Positions 13,401 to 27,400 of a stretch of 64,000 bases of DNA are shown piece after piece. The position numbers and the translations under genes are program-made. The notes beneath the pieces were generated by a model. That model searched no databases. It worked only from the letters and a program-made list of their open reading frames with translations, and was not told where the DNA came from. Origin of the DNA: Prorocentrum cordatum (Eukaryota); assembly GCA_963575745.1 (NCBI GenBank), contig CAUYUJ010000211.1, positions 1-64,000 on the forward strand, read 5' to 3'. Position 1 is the first letter of the stretch. Every line of letters begins with the position of its first letter.

Positions 13401-15384
13401 GCTGCACCTTTACGTGATGCTCTCCAGGCCACGAAGGTCGAGAATCTTCTTGTGATTCGGGACTCGGGGCTGCAGTTCTTTTCTCGCGGGCCGCCCGCGG
13501 ACCTCGCGGCGCGCCTGCGCGCTTGTACCCCCCGTGCTGAGAAGTGTCGGGAATATGCCCAGCAGCTGGCAGAGCTGCTCGGTCTCGCGCAGTTCTTGCA
13601 CTGACTGTGCCTGTTCGCTGGCGCGCCTCGAAACGTAGTCTCCCTCCTTTTTCTGCCCTCCTCTCGTCGCCATTTTCTCCCCTCCAGCTGCCCGTTCGCC
13701 TTCTCTCCTTAGTTGTCGCCCCTCTCTACCCGCCCGATTCAACGATCCAACAAACCACCTGTACCAAGTCCGTGTCACTTGATCAGTGTCCTGCGAGCCC
13801 CCGGACGCCGTTCGCATATTATAATATATATATATATATATATAATATTATATATATTATATATATATTCCTTCGGCACGTTATATTCCTTCGGCACGTT
13901 TCTACCAAACGGTTCTTGCCGCGCGTTGATCACGGGTTGGGTGCGTCTCCATGGTAATTCGGAGCAGGCTTCCCAGGGGCCTGTTTGGGCTGCAGAAGAA
14001 CATCCCGCCTTCGGAGGCCCCCCCGCTTTCTGTAGTGCCCGAGTGGTTCCCGGGCTGGCTGGCCACGGAGACCATGCTAGGCCCACCGTGCCAGCGGGAG
14101 GCTTCTGAAATCAGAGAAGGGCCGCGGGAACCACGCCTTACAGTAGGCAGGTTTATGCGCATGTCGCTGTGTTGTCAGGCTCCGGGGGGGCCCATCGAAC
14201 ACCGATCGCCCCCTGATCGCCGATAGGGGGCCGGATAGTTCACCCGGCCCAGTTGGGCGCGGACTCGCTATCGGGTTAGGTTGCCGATTTATCGGCGATG
14301 TATCGCGGGGCCGTGGTAGCTCCGCAGCGTGAGGCTTGAGGAGGGCGATGATCATGCGAACATCGGACCGAACATTGACCACCGCCAGGGCATCCAGAAG
14401 TTTTACCAGCGATGTCAAGGAGTGTTTTGCTTGCTTGCCGTACCGCCGTACCGATTCGTCATCGGTGACATTGAGTCGCCATCCCCAATCGTCGCAGCTG
14501 TGATGTGACTGGATGGAAGTACTTGTCGATGATGTGACTGGGTGTAGGTATCTTTCGATGATCCTGAGGTTTGCTTCCAACTTCGCCGCTCGTGTCCTTC
14601 TTTTTCCAGACGTTTTTTTTTGGGTTTCTTTCTTTTCCGGCAGTTGAAACGACATTGCCGTTGCTCTTGCTAGTGGCAAAGCCCGTTGTCGTTCACGCTC
14701 ACGTCTTATATTTGTCCTCGACTGTTGTAGGACCTTCTGGCTTCAGCCTGCGACGCATCACTCTTAATATTGTTGTTGCAGTCGTCACCGTGATCGCCAG
14801 TGCCACAGGCTCGAAGCCATGGCCCAGCACTGCGGAGCCCCAGTCCGTATAGAGCCGGACGCTTCGTAGTACCAGGGGGGCGTGCGAACACCCTGCAGGG
14901 AACCCGTCTTCGTCTCCCAATCTGCTCGGGTCGCGCCCCTGGTGCTCCCGCCACGCCCTAACCCCCAGCGTCCTGAGCTCTTCAGCCTGTGGGGCTCCAG
15001 GGCTCTGGATCCGCGCTGGGGCTGCGCTCCAGGGCTGGCCGAGCGACAGACGGGGAACGGATGGGGGCGGAGGGGCTGGGGAGGGGGGGAAGAGGAGAGG
15101 GACGGGGGGTTCAGATGTCAGGAGCGGGAGTGGGCCCCCTTTAGGCCGTCGTAGGGTGATCTGGGCGGCCCGTCTGGCCGTTTTGGGGTGATAGTGGGGG
15201 CCTCGTGGGCCGTCTCGGGGCGTTCGAAGCCCCCAAGCAGGCGAAGCCGCAACACATTTTCTTGAACACCGGGAGGACATGCTTGCTGGCGTGGGCCCCA
15301 AGCCGTGATTTCTTGGACGGTGGATGGGCAACAGCGTGTTGCAGTCTGCTCAGAGGTGTGAGCTACCTGGTATAAGCAATTCTG

Positions 15385-15819
15385 CCGACGGCGACAGCGA
15401 CAACGACGACGACGACGCCGCCGACAACGACTACGACGACACCGACGACGACAACGACCGCGACGACAACGACGACACCGACGACGACGACGACGCTGAC
15501 GACGACGACGACGATGACAACGCCGACGACGGCGCTGACGACGACGACGCCGACGACGACGACGATGACGACGACGAAGACGACGACGACGACGACGACG
15601 TCGCCAACGAAAACAACGACGGCGACGAGGGAGGAGGGAGAACGACGACGGCGACAAGGACGACAACGACGGAAGAGGAGGGAGGACAGAGACGACTCGA
15701 ACGACGAAGAAGGAGGGAGGTCGGCGACGCCGACGACGACACCGACGAAGGAGGAGGGAAGACGACGACGAGGACGACGGCGACGAAATAGGATGGTCGA
15801 CGACGAGACGCCGACGACA

Positions 15820-15852
<33 letters not shown>

Positions 15853-15943
15853 GGAGGAGGGCGGACGACCACGGCGACAACGACGACGGAAACGACGCCG
15901 ACGCCAAAGAGGACGACGACAACGACGACGAGGAAAGACAGAG

Positions 15944-15981
<38 letters not shown>

Positions 15982-15995
15982 GGGAGGAGGGAGGA

Positions 15996-16027
<32 letters not shown>

Positions 16028-16030
16028 CAG
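15385..16030. repeat. (GAC)n degenerate microsatellite
   Basis: Direct reading. Confidence 0.9.
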
Positions 16031-17605
16031 GAGCGCGCGCGCACGCTTTCGTTGTAAATCCGCGTACGACGCGCGCGCGTGCACTCCGTTTTATTTTTTT
16101 GCGAAGGGTTCTCGCGATGCCACGCGCGCAAGTGCGTTCGAAAGGTTCGGACATGCGCGCGCGAAGCCGGTTTGGTAGCGTATATGTACATACATATATG
16201 TCTATGTATGTCTATATATATATGTGTGTATAGATAGATATGTATATGTATAGGTATATGTATTTATACACATACAGACATTCTCACACATATATATATA
16301 TAGATATATCCATGTATGTGTGTACCAAATTTACATACTATATATATCGACGTTCTTAACAAACCAACGAGAGATTTCGCAAGATCGCGCGCGTAAGCTT
16401 TTTTTGAATTTCAGTGCTTCGAGACCCTGCTCTTTTTGTATGTTTTTTTTTGAGTCTCGATTTTGAAATCCTTCCGAAACCGAAGGTTTTTGGAGGATTT
16501 CGGCATGCGCGCGCGACGGCGCGCGTGTGTGCACTTCGTCATATTTTTTTGCAAGGGGTTCTTGAGAACCTCTGATTTTTGACAGGCGAGTGTGCGGGCA
16601 TAGTATTTTTCCCAGAGGGTGGCTGGGGGGACCGGTACCGGCTTAGCTGGGATAGTATGAATTCACAGGTTTGACATTTGGTCAGAGTCCTATGTGTTTT
16701 GCATCTGCTCCCGGGTGGTCTTTAATCCCAGTTTTTTGTTGTTGTTGTTTTTTGTTTCAGATAATAACCATCATTATTATTAGTATTTTTGTGAAACTAT
16801 TATTATTCGTATTATTCGTTTTTTTTTTCTTTATCTTCTTCTTATTGTTATTATCATTATTATTATTTCATTTTTTTTAAAAAAAAAAAAAAATTTTTAC
16901 TAGTATTACCAGTACTAATATCATCATCATCATTATTATTCTTATTATTATACTTATCCTTATTCTTATTCTTATTCTTATTCTTATACTTATTATCGTT
17001 CTCATTCTTGTTCTTATTCTTAATTTCATTCTTATTCTTATTCATATTCGTATTCTTATTCTTACTTTTACTCTTATTCTTATTCGTATTCTTATTCTTA
17101 TTCTTGTTCTTATTCGTATTAGAATATTTATCAATACGAAAGGATTATCAATGTAGTGCGGTTGCCACGGCCGCACGGTCGGTGCCGCCGACCCTGCTGG
17201 CGACCCCTGCTGGCGACCCAGGACTCCTGCTGGCGGCGACCCCTTTCGGGACCCCGCGGGGACGGTGCTCTGACCCGGGATCCCAGGGGGGGGCGGTATT
17301 CTCACCTGGGACCCCCCCCGCCCTGGGGGGGCGGTATTCTGAACTGGCCCCCCTCCCCCCCCCCAGGACCTCTCCCCCCCTTTGGCAGGGAAGGGTCAAA
17401 GGGAAGGGGCTTCCCTTCGACTTAACTGCGACGTTTCTGCTCCTTGTTCTTGTATGTTCTTGGAATCGACGACGACGATGACGACGATGACGACGACGAC
17501 GACGATGACGACGACGACGACACGTCTTCCACACGAGGAGGGGTCGGCTGATTCATGTGGTGTGAGCGATGTCTTGGAACATGCGTGGCCCAAGCAAGGT
17601 ATCGC

Positions 17606-17799
17606 AGGCCTAGAGGTTGACACCAACACCAATATCGGCGGTGTACCTCCACCGAGGGAAGAAGATCCCGATCTCGGTGATGGTGGTAATATTATGGCTT
17701 CTAAGGTGGCCGAAATATTACCACCAATACCGAAATCTAGGATCGTCTTACCCGTGGAGGCACCCCCCTGTGTTGGTGCTGGTGCTCATTTCCAGGCCT
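17606..17799. mobile_element. Imperfect palindrome with ~88-bp arms, MITE-like
   Basis: Left arm AGGCCTAGAGG..CACCAACACCAATA..GGTGGTAATATT pairs with right arm AATATTACCACC..TGTTGGTGCTGGTG..CCAGGCCT. Confidence 0.55.
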
Positions 17800-18578
17800 C
17801 CTCCTCCTCCTCGTCCTCCTCCTCCTCTTCCTCCCTCTCCTCCTCCGCCCTCCTCCTCCCCCTCCCCTCCTCCTCCTCTCCCTCCTCCTCCTCCTCCTCC
17901 TTCTCCCTCCGCCCCTCCTCCTCCTCCTCCTCCTCCTCCTCCTCCTCCTCCTCGTCCTCCTCCTCCTCCTCCTCCTCCGCCTCCTCCTCCTCCCCCTCCC
18001 TCCTCCTCCTCCTCCTCCTTCTTCCCCTCCTCCTCCTTCTCCTCCTCCTCCTCCTCCTCCTCCTCCTCTTCCAGGCCTCCAAAGGTGGAGGCAGCTGTTT
18101 GGCGTACGTCATGTGGCGCCCACGAGCCGACCACGGCCGCCCGCCAGGCGAAGCCTCGCCACGCCGAGCCGGCGCACGGGGCTCCCGCGAGGCGCCCACG
18201 GACTTTTACTGGGCGAAGTCTCGCCACGCCGAGCCAGTCCGAGGGAGGAGGAGGAGGAGGAGGAGGAGGAGGAGGAGGAGGAGGAGGAGGAGGAGGAGGA
18301 GGAGGAGAGAGGGGAGGGAGGAGGAGGAGGAGGAGAAGGAGGAGGAGGAGGAGGAGGAGGAGGAGGAGGAGGAGGAGGAGGAGGAGGGAGGAGAAGGAGG
18401 AGGAGAGAGGAGAGGAGGAGGAGGAGAGGAGAGGGAGGAGGGGAGGAGGAGGAGGAGGAGGAGGAGGAGGAGGAGAGGGAGGTCAGGAATGGTTTGGAAT
18501 ATTTGGGGAATGGATGATCTTGGCCTCTCAGGGCCCCCCGCTGAGGTGTCTGTGGCCCCCCGCTGGCCACCGCAAGCC

Positions 18579-18812
18579 ATGCCGCGGCCCGCGGCGCAGC
18601 AGCGCACCCTGGCGTCGCGCGCCCAGCCGCGTCCGGTATGGCCCGCGACCGGTCGCGCGGCCGTCGTGGCCGCGCTGCTGGCGTCGGGCGGCCCCCGCGC
18701 GTGCGCGGAGTGGGCGCCCGCCGGCGCGGACGGCGCCTGCAGCGCTGAGGCCTCGCTGCTGCAGCTGGCGGGCAGCGTGCGGAAGGCGCAGCCGGCCTGG
18801 CCGAAACCCGAG
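18579..18812 (+). CDS. Possible first exon of a secreted protein
   Basis: CAAGCCATG start context, hydrophobic AAVVAALLA stretch, then EASLLQ (LLQ motif seen in dinoflagellate secreted proteins). Possible GAG|GT donor at 18813. Confidence 0.35.
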
Positions 18813-19149
18813 GTCGCCCCACAGGGGGCGCGAAGATGATCGGTCCAGATCTCCGGCGACTTGTTTTTCTCTTCAATCCCGGCCCTTTTCATGGAATGCG
18901 GCCTCCAGGGGCAGTTTTTTCGGGCCCTGGGACCATCGAAAACGGATCCAGGGCGGCATCTGCTCCTAGTAAAGGGGTCGGGGGCCTCTGTGCCCGCGAG
19001 TTGCACATGAACCTGGCACGAGTCCAATAAGGGCAACGTTTCCTATTGCATGGGCGCATTGCTTGGCACTACTTGGCGTATTCCTTGACATATTGCTTGG
19101 TATTGTGTGGCGATGCAGCAAGTAACCAGACCCAGTAAGTAAGGAAGCA

Positions 19150-19360
19150 ATGAACCAAGGAACCAAGACCAAGGAACCAAGGTGCCAAGGAACCAAGACC
19201 AAGAAGCTAAGAAACCACGACCAGCTTACCAAGCAGCCAAGACCAAAGAAGCAGGGAACCAAGACCAAGGAACCAAGACCAAGGTACCAGGGGAACCAAG
19301 ACCAAGGAATCTGGGGAACGCCACTGTAAGGAATCAAGACCGAGGAACCCCAGGGAACCT
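19150..19360. repeat. CCAAGGAACCAAGA minisatellite
   Basis: Direct reading. Confidence 0.8.
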
Positions 19361-19552
19361 GGCGACGACCGCGCCTGAAACCAACCCCTTCTTCAAAAGC
19401 AGGTCAGAAACCCTAATTGGGGAAAGGTCACATGGCCGAGTGTTTGTCTCCGATGCGTCGCGATTCGCGGCCAGGGGGGGCGGGGAGAGCTGTTCTCTTC
19501 CAGAGGGGGGCAGGGGGGGTCGGCGCTAGAGCGCAAGGACGGGGTGGAGGAA

Positions 19553-19554
<2 letters not shown>

Positions 19555-19610
<56 letters not shown>

Positions 19611-20309
19611 CGATGACGATGATGATGATGATGACGGTGATGATGCTGATTATGCTGATTATGCTGATTATGGTGATTTTCTGCTGCTGATAATGATGAG
19701 GATGCTAAGAGTGATGATGAGGTTGATGATAATGATGATGATGATGACGCTATGATGACGATATGATGTTTTAAAGGTGATAATGAGGATGCTTAAAATG
19801 ATCATAATGGGACGTTAATGATGATACTGGTGGTGGTTGTGATGATGATGATGGTGATGATAAGTATGATGATGATTATGATGACGATAATGGTGATAGT
19901 GATGGTGATGGTGATGAGTATGATGCTGACGATGATGATACTAATGATGATGACGATGACGATGATGACGATGCTGATGATGCTGATTCTGATGAAGATG
20001 ATGATGATGATGATGGTGGTGGTGGGGATGATGATGGTGATGGTGATGGTTATGGGGATGATGCTGGGGATGCTAATGATGATGATGATGTTGATGATGA
20101 TGACGATGGTGGTGATGATGATGATGAAGATGGTGATGGTGATGCTGATGATGAAGACGATGATGATGATTATGATGATGAGGCTGCTGAGGATGATTAT
20201 GACGATGATGATGCTGTTGTTGATGATGATGATAATGATGATGATGATGATGATGATGCTGATGATGATGATGATCATGATGATGGCTGCTGATGATGAT
20301 GATGATGTC

Positions 20310-20358
<49 letters not shown>

Positions 20359-20467
20359 CTGATGATGATGATGATGATGATGATGGTGGTGATGCTGATG
20401 ATGTTACTGATTCGGAGATGCTGATGATGCTGCTGATGATGCTGCTGCTGCTGCTGATGATGATGCT

Positions 20468-20525
<58 letters not shown>

Positions 20526-20720
20526 TGGTGGTGGTGATGATGACGACGACGACGAGGAGGAGGATGAGGACAAGGTGGATGAGGACGAGAAGGAGTAGGA
20601 GGAGGAGGAGGAGGAGGAGGAGTGAGGAGGGAGGAGGAGGAGAGAGGAGGAGGAGGAGCCGGAGCAAGAGGAGAGGAGAGAGGAGGAGGAGGAGGAGGAG
20701 GAGGAGGAAGGAGGAGGATG
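19555..20720. repeat. (GAT)n then (GAG)n compound microsatellite
   Basis: Direct reading. Confidence 0.9.
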
Positions 20721-22756
20721 AGTAGGAAGTGATCGAGGCACGTGTACCGCTTCGCGGCGAGGGGGGGCGGGAGAGGTTGCTCTCTTCCAGAGGGGTGGCG
20801 CGAGGGGGGGGGGGGGGTGGGGGGGGGGCGGCGCGAGAGCGCGAGGAGAGGGTCACGGCTGGCGTGCGCTGCGGGGCCCTGAGGGCGCAAGAGGTGGTCC
20901 TTGGACTGGCTTGCGGAGTTGGGTCCTTCGGCGGCGGGATCCGAACCTTACCCTCGCCGATCAGCGATTCAGGCAACTCGATGGGCGGCGGGGGTAGGCT
21001 TCGGAGTGCGTCGAGCACGCGGCGAAATCCGAGCCCGGCCCCCGCCCCCCATCGATGCAGGAGAACCGATGGCTGGTGGGGGTGGGGCTCGGATGTCGCC
21101 ATAATTCTGGGCTGGAGGCGGGTGGGGGGCCTCGAGAGAAGAAGCACGGGGACCATGACCACGATGTCGCGGGGTCTTGCCGACGCCGTTTTTTTGTTGT
21201 TTATTCGTATCATTTTTCGTAACATTATCAGCATTACCATTATTGTTTTTTTTTTTTTAATTCTTATTCCTACCATTACCCTTACTGTCGTTTTCGTTAC
21301 TAATGGCTATATATATTGCTATTATTGGTGTTGTTTTTTCCTACACTGTAAAGTATGGTTATTCATATTCGCATATTTTTCTCATTGATATCTTTATTGC
21401 CATTGTTTTGTTATTACTATCGTTCTCATTTTTTGTGTTCCCCCTATTCCAAAGGATGGGGTTCTTGTTATTCTCTGACCGCGCCGGACCAAAAGAACCC
21501 CTCCCCTCCTCCCTCTCTCCACTAGACAATGAAGATGATTGTCATGATGATGATGATGACCATGGTATGGTGAGAGTATGATGCGAGTAGGATGGTGATG
21601 GTGAGTGATGTGTGAGTATGATGATGAGGATGATGATGGCGATGAGCAGATGATGAGAATGTCTCGCGCGGCTTGCTGGTTTTAGCACTCCTAAGGGGGG
21701 CCGCCAGGGGTATTGCACGGCCTCCGTTCGCGCCCAAATGGGGGGATGTCTCATGTGGTTTGCTTGTTTTGGTCCTCGACATCCTCAGCTTTCGGAGCAG
21801 ATTCTGAGGATGTCTCATGCGAGGCGCTGGCTTTCGCACCCTGGGGGGGCCAGATTTCGAGGATGTCTTAAGCGGTTTGCGTGTTTGGGTGGTCAGACTC
21901 GTCTGCTGTCAAAGCAGATTCTGAGGATGTCTATGGCGAGGCGCTGATTTCCGCACTCCCAGAGGGTCCAGATTGCGAGGATGTCCTAGGCTCACTTATG
22001 CTCAACCTCGCTCGTGATCAGGCTCATTCATATTCAGACTCGCATCCATCATACTATACTCAGACGCACTCACACCCAGACTTACGCATACTCAGACTCA
22101 CTCACATTTAGACCCACCCACCCTCAGACTCATTCGTAATCAGACTCACTCGTACTCAGACCCACTCGGGGCCAGTGTCATATCCATCATACTCATACTC
22201 AGACGCACTCACATTCAGATTTACTCACGCTTAGAAGCACTCACACTCAGTTCCACCAACCCTCACATTCACTCGTAGTCAAACTCACTCGTACTCAGAC
22301 CCATTCAGACTTAGACTCGTGCTCACTATACTCATATACTCAGACTCACTCGCTTTCGCACCCCAGGGGGGGCACATTGCGAGGATGCCCCAGACTCACT
22401 TGTGCTCAGACTCGTACTCATCATACTCATACTCAGTCCTCACTCACCCCCACTCCATGCAAATAGCTGCACATCTGGGCAGCTCCACGCAGTGAGTGAT
22501 TCCTTTTTATATAAAAAGGGAACAATTCCCCTTCGGGGCCTTCGTTTCGCTCGCTTTCGCGGCGCGCGCCTGGGCGGAGGGGCCGGGGCGCCCCGAGGAC
22601 CGCCCCTCCCCTTCCTTGGGGCCTCTCAGAGGCCCCCGCGGAGAGGGCGTGAGCGCCGCCCGCCCTTGGCGAAGCGTTAAGTCGGGCATGTCCCTCTGCA
22701 GGAGGAATCTTCGAAAACAATGAAAACATAGCCAGGGGACGATTTTTCGACGTTTT

Positions 22757-22930
22757 GTTGTTGAACATTATTTATTCTAAAGAATAATTATTGTTGGGCC
22801 CCCTGGTGCGCGCCCCCCCTGCGCCGCCTAGGCCGCAGCTACATTTTCATCATTTTCGTGAGGAAGCCTCAGAAAAGAGGGTGTGTACAGGATCCGTTTT
22901 GTTTTAGTTGTAATCCGTTTCCCTTGCTAA
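22757..22930 (-). mobile_element. Short copy of the (AAC)n-tailed dispersed repeat family
   Basis: AAGAATAATTATTGTTGGG.CCCCTGGTGCGCG...CCTAGGCCGCAGCTACATTTTCATCATTTT is shared with the copies at 29400 and 35255. Confidence 0.6.
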
Positions 22931-23014
22931 CAACATGAATGGACCCACGACCCCGAAAGGGATATATACATGTGGAGGCATGGGACACGTTTTCATGATA
23001 CCCAACTGGGCAAC

Positions 23015-23578
23015 ACCACACGAAACATCCCACGAGACACCTCACGAAACAGCCCACGAGACACCTCACGAAACATACCACGAGACACCTCACGAAACAT
23101 TTCACGAGACACCCCGCGAAACATTCCACGAGACACCCCACGAAACATTCCACGACGACAGGCAACCACACAACCAAGGCGGTGTGGTCGTGCTGGGGAG
23201 TGGTCGTGCTGGGGTGTGGTCGTGCTGGGGGGTGGTCGTGCTGGGGGGTGGTCGTGCTGGGGGGGTGGTCGTGCTGGGGGGTGGTCGTGCTGGGGCGTGG
23301 TCGTGCTGGGGCGTGGTCGTGCTGGGGCGTGGTCGTGCTGGGGCGTGGTCGTGCTGGGGCGTGGTCGTGCTGGGGTGTGGTCGTGCTGTGGTAAGGTCGT
23401 GCTGGGGTGCGGACGTGCTGGGGTGTGGTCTTGCTGGGGTGGGGTCGTGCTGGGGTGTGATCGTGCTGGGGTGGGGTCGTGCTGGGGTGTGGTCGTGCTG
23501 GGGTGTGGTCGTGCTAGGGAGGGGTCGTGCTGGGGTGGGGTCGTGCTGGGGAGTGGTCGTGCTGGGGTGTGGTCGTGC
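23015..23578. repeat. ~24-bp CCACGAGACACCTCACGAAACA repeat followed by a 15-bp GTGGTCGTGCTGGGG array
   Basis: Direct reading; the array runs into the gap. Confidence 0.9.
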
Positions 23579-23678
23579 NNNNNNNNNNNNNNNNNNNNNN
23601 NNNNNNNNNNNNNNNNNNNNNNNNNNNNNNNNNNNNNNNNNNNNNNNNNNNNNNNNNNNNNNNNNNNNNNNNNNNNNN
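23579..23678. other. Assembly gap (100 N)
   Basis: Run of N. Confidence 1.
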
Positions 23679-23880
23679 CGGTCCCTGGAGGCCGGGATCG
23701 AAGGCAAAAGCGCCGGGGCGGGAAACACTGGCAGCGCCCTTTCGGCAGCGTGGCCAGCCTGCGGCCGACATGCCCCCGTGCTGGCGGGCACGTTGCGTGA
23801 CCCCTCTCGGGAGCCCTCGGAGGCCCACCGTGGGCTGACGTGACCCCGTGCTTGCTCTGGGACCCAGGATCTTCTTGTGC

Positions 23881-23947
<67 letters not shown>

Positions 23948-24361
23948 ACAGTCACTCTACATAGCCGCCGACGCAAAACTGTGTGTGTGTGTGTGTGCGT
24001 GCGTGGCGACGTTTAGGGTTTAGATGCGTGCGTGCGTGGTGCTTTTATGTTGTGTTGTCTGTGTGTGTATGAGTGCGCTTATTATTAGTTGTTTTGTGTG
24101 TGTGACTAGTTTCTTTTGTGTGTGACTGTGTGTGACTGTGTGTGTGTGTGTGTGTGTGTGTCTGTGTGTTTGTGTGTGCGTGTGTCGTCCAACCACGTGA
24201 TTTGCGTTTTGGGCTGGGTCGACGCTCTTGCCAGTCGGACCCGTGGTGAAATCCAGTCGGTTCTAGTCTGGCGTCGCCTGGTCTCCCGCTGGTCCAACGG
24301 CGGCGCGGGAGCGTCGACCTATCTGTTGGGATACGGACGCCCGCATAGGATTTTCTTGTGC

Positions 24362-24398
<37 letters not shown>

Positions 24399-24447
24399 AC
24401 AGTCACTCTGCGTAGCCGCCGACGCAAAAGTGTGTGTTTGCGTGTGC

Positions 24448-24499
<52 letters not shown>

Positions 24500-27400
24500 G
24501 TGTGTGCTTCTCGGTTTGCGTCTGTGGCGCCAGAAGTCGAGGAGTGCCACCTGGGCGCCCCGAGGGCGGTCCCTGGAGGCCGGGACCGAAGGCGAAAGCG
24601 CCAGGGCGGGAAACACTGGCAGCGCCCTCTCGGCAGCGTGGCCAGCCTGCGCCCGACATGCCCCCGTGTTGGCGGGCATGCTGTGCGACCCCTCTCGTGG
24701 GCCCTCGGAGGCCCACCGTGGGCTGACGTGCCCCCCGTGCTTGCTCTGGGACCCAGCAGGGCTGTGCGACCACGTGTTGGCCAGGACCGCCGCGCCAGTA
24801 CAGGCCCCTTTGTGCCGCGAGCCGCACGGCCGGCGGCAGGCTCGTCCTCCGAAGCTCCGGGTGCGGCCTCGGCGCTCCTGCAGCCCTCGACGGGGCTCTG
24901 GCCGCCCGGCCCGACCGCCAGGGCCGCCGTCGCCGTGGCTGCGCCCATGCTCGTCGCCGCGGTTGTCTTCGTCGCCTTCGTCGCCGCCGCCGCTCCGTCT
25001 GCGTCGTATGCGTGGCTGCCCTCGCCGTCGTAGTCGTCCTCGGCGCCCGCGTCGTCGTCCTCGTCGCTGTCGCCGTCCTCGTCGCCCTCGTCGAGGGCGT
25101 CGTCCTCGTCGCCGTGGTCGCCCCCGCCGCCCTCGTCGTCTTCGTCGCCCCGTGGGGGCCCGCGAGAACCGCCCGAGCGCCCTCCGGAGCCCACCCCCGC
25201 TGAGCAGGGGCCGGCCGCCTCCGGCACTCCTCTGAGCCTACCACGAGAGCATCTTAGACCCCCCCAAAAAAATCCAGGAGGAGGAGGAGGGGGAGGAGGA
25301 GGGGGAGGAGGAGGAGGAGGAGGAGGAGGAGGAGGAGGAGGAGGAGGAGGGAGGGAGGGAAAGAGGGAGGGAGGGAGGGAGGGAGGGAGGGCGAAAGCGC
25401 GTCCTTAGAACACGAAGCCCGAGGTGTTCAGACAGAGACGGCCGCGGCCAGACGTGTTCTGAGAGACCACTCCGTGCAGACCGCAGAGTCGGCAGTGGAC
25501 AAACCTCCCTTTAGTAAACCTCCCCTTAGTGAAAACGGCCTGGTGGGGACCGAAACCGACGGACCTGGACCCGCAAAGAGGACGGCCGCGACGCCCCCTC
25601 GCGAACCGAACACGGCCAACTCCTTACTCGACGTGTCGGGGTAGGAGGTCTGTCCACCTCCGACAGGGAGGTTCTAAGACCACGCCGTGCAGACCGCGGG
25701 AGATAAAGGGGCCCCAGGACACACAAATAAATACACACAAATACAAATACCCCCCATCTTTCCCATATTTGTTGGGTTTTCGTCTTCCCCCCCACTGCCT
25801 ATATTTTTAGATATTTTCTGGGGAATCGACGGCTCTCAGAGCACACTCTCCGGTGGGCCTGCGCATGGGCAAGAGCGACGGCGCTCTGCGCCGCCGCTCG
25901 ACCCCCCGGCGCCGCCGCGCGCCAGGCTCGGGCTGCCCCCCCGGGCCGTGCCGCGGCGGCGGTCCCGCTCCTCCCTCCCTGCCTCCGGGAGGGAGGGGAG
26001 GGGAGGGAGAGGGAGGGGGGGAGAGAGGGGCGGGAGGGAGGGGGGCGGGGGGGAGGGAGAGAAAGAGGAGAAAGAGAGAGGGGAGGGCGAGAGTGGGGGG
26101 GAGGGATGGAGTGTGGAGGGGGGAGGGTAGTGGAGGGGAGGGGGAGGGGGGGGGGGGGAGGGAGGGCGGGATCGGAGGGAGGGGGGGGAGGGAGGGGAGG
26201 GAGGGGGGACGGGGAGGTGAGGGGGGGAGGGAGGGGAGGGGGGAGGGGGGGGAGGGAGGGAGGGGGGGGGAGGGAGGGGGAGGGAGGGGGGAGTGGAGGG
26301 AAGGGAGGGGGGGCTCCCTGCGAGCAGGCGGCGTGCCGCCTCGCGCCGCGCAGAAGGAAGGCTGGGACGTACGGGGGCAGGATCTCTGTCCACATCCGGT
26401 GCGTCTTGGGCTCTCTCTGGGAAGGGGCACCACGAGGCCGAGGCGCACTGGAGACGGGTAGAGATCGAGCCTCTCGGGGACATGCACATACACGTCGGTC
26501 GGAAGAAGTAGGTAGAAACATGAAGTAGGAAGGCGGATCAAGTGGATTGGGTCCAGGCCCCCCAGAGAATATAACAAAACACAGCAAAAATATGTCCATT
26601 CTGGAAGTAGGAAGGCGCTTGAAGTAAAGAGGGATCTGGGAATCCAACAATACATACTTTCAACGACTGGCGTGTAAAGATCGAGCCTCTCGGGGACAGA
26701 TACATATGTATATCCAATGTCCAGTGCGCCTCGGGTTCCTGGGGAAGGGAGCCCGGAACTCCACACTGCAGCGGGTCTGGGCAGAAGCACTGCCTCAGGA
26801 CAGACTCGGGACTGGAGGGAGCAAGCACGGGGACCATGACCAAGACTGAACGCGAAAACGTCGTGTTCATCTTTCGGCAGCGAGCGAGGGGGGGAACGTG
26901 AGAAGGAAACGGCCTTCTCAGAAGGCGGCGGGACTTCTCAGAAGCCCTCGCGCCTTCTGAGAAGTTTTTTTTGTGCCTTCAGGGAAGGCTTAGAAAACTT
27001 CTCAGGAGGCCAGGGGACTTCCAAGCCTTCTGAGAAGGCCTCCTCCCTCTCACTTCCCCACCTCGCTCGCCGCCGAACCTCGGCCACCCTCCACCTTGGC
27101 CAGCGCCACTTCGTGGATCGTCCTCGCGAGTCGGCGGCGGCCCGCGTGCACCACGATCGAGATCGGCGTCGACGAGATCCCGCGACCTCCCGGTCACGGT
27201 CAGTGCGCCTCTGCCTCGAGGGGGGAGTAGGAAGGAAAAAAGGAGGAAGGGGAGGCGGAGGAGGAGGAGGAGGAGAAGGCGGAGGGAAGGAGGAGAGGAT
27301 GAGGCTGAGGCGGAGGAGAAGAGGGGGAGGGGGAGGAGGAGGCGGAGGGAGGAGGAGGAGTGAGGAGGGGAGGACGGAGGGAGGAGAGGGGCGGAGGGGC

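Noticed and set aside
10580..15330. GC-rich ORFs (e.g. 11049..11873, 13242..13604, 14077..14679) as host genes
   Set aside because: May include real exons, but no recognisable motif or reliable splice structure could be assigned by eye
23679..24755. Duplicated blocks beside the gap as a biological element
   Set aside because: Adjacent to an N gap, so possibly an assembly or haplotype artefact; no distinctive structure
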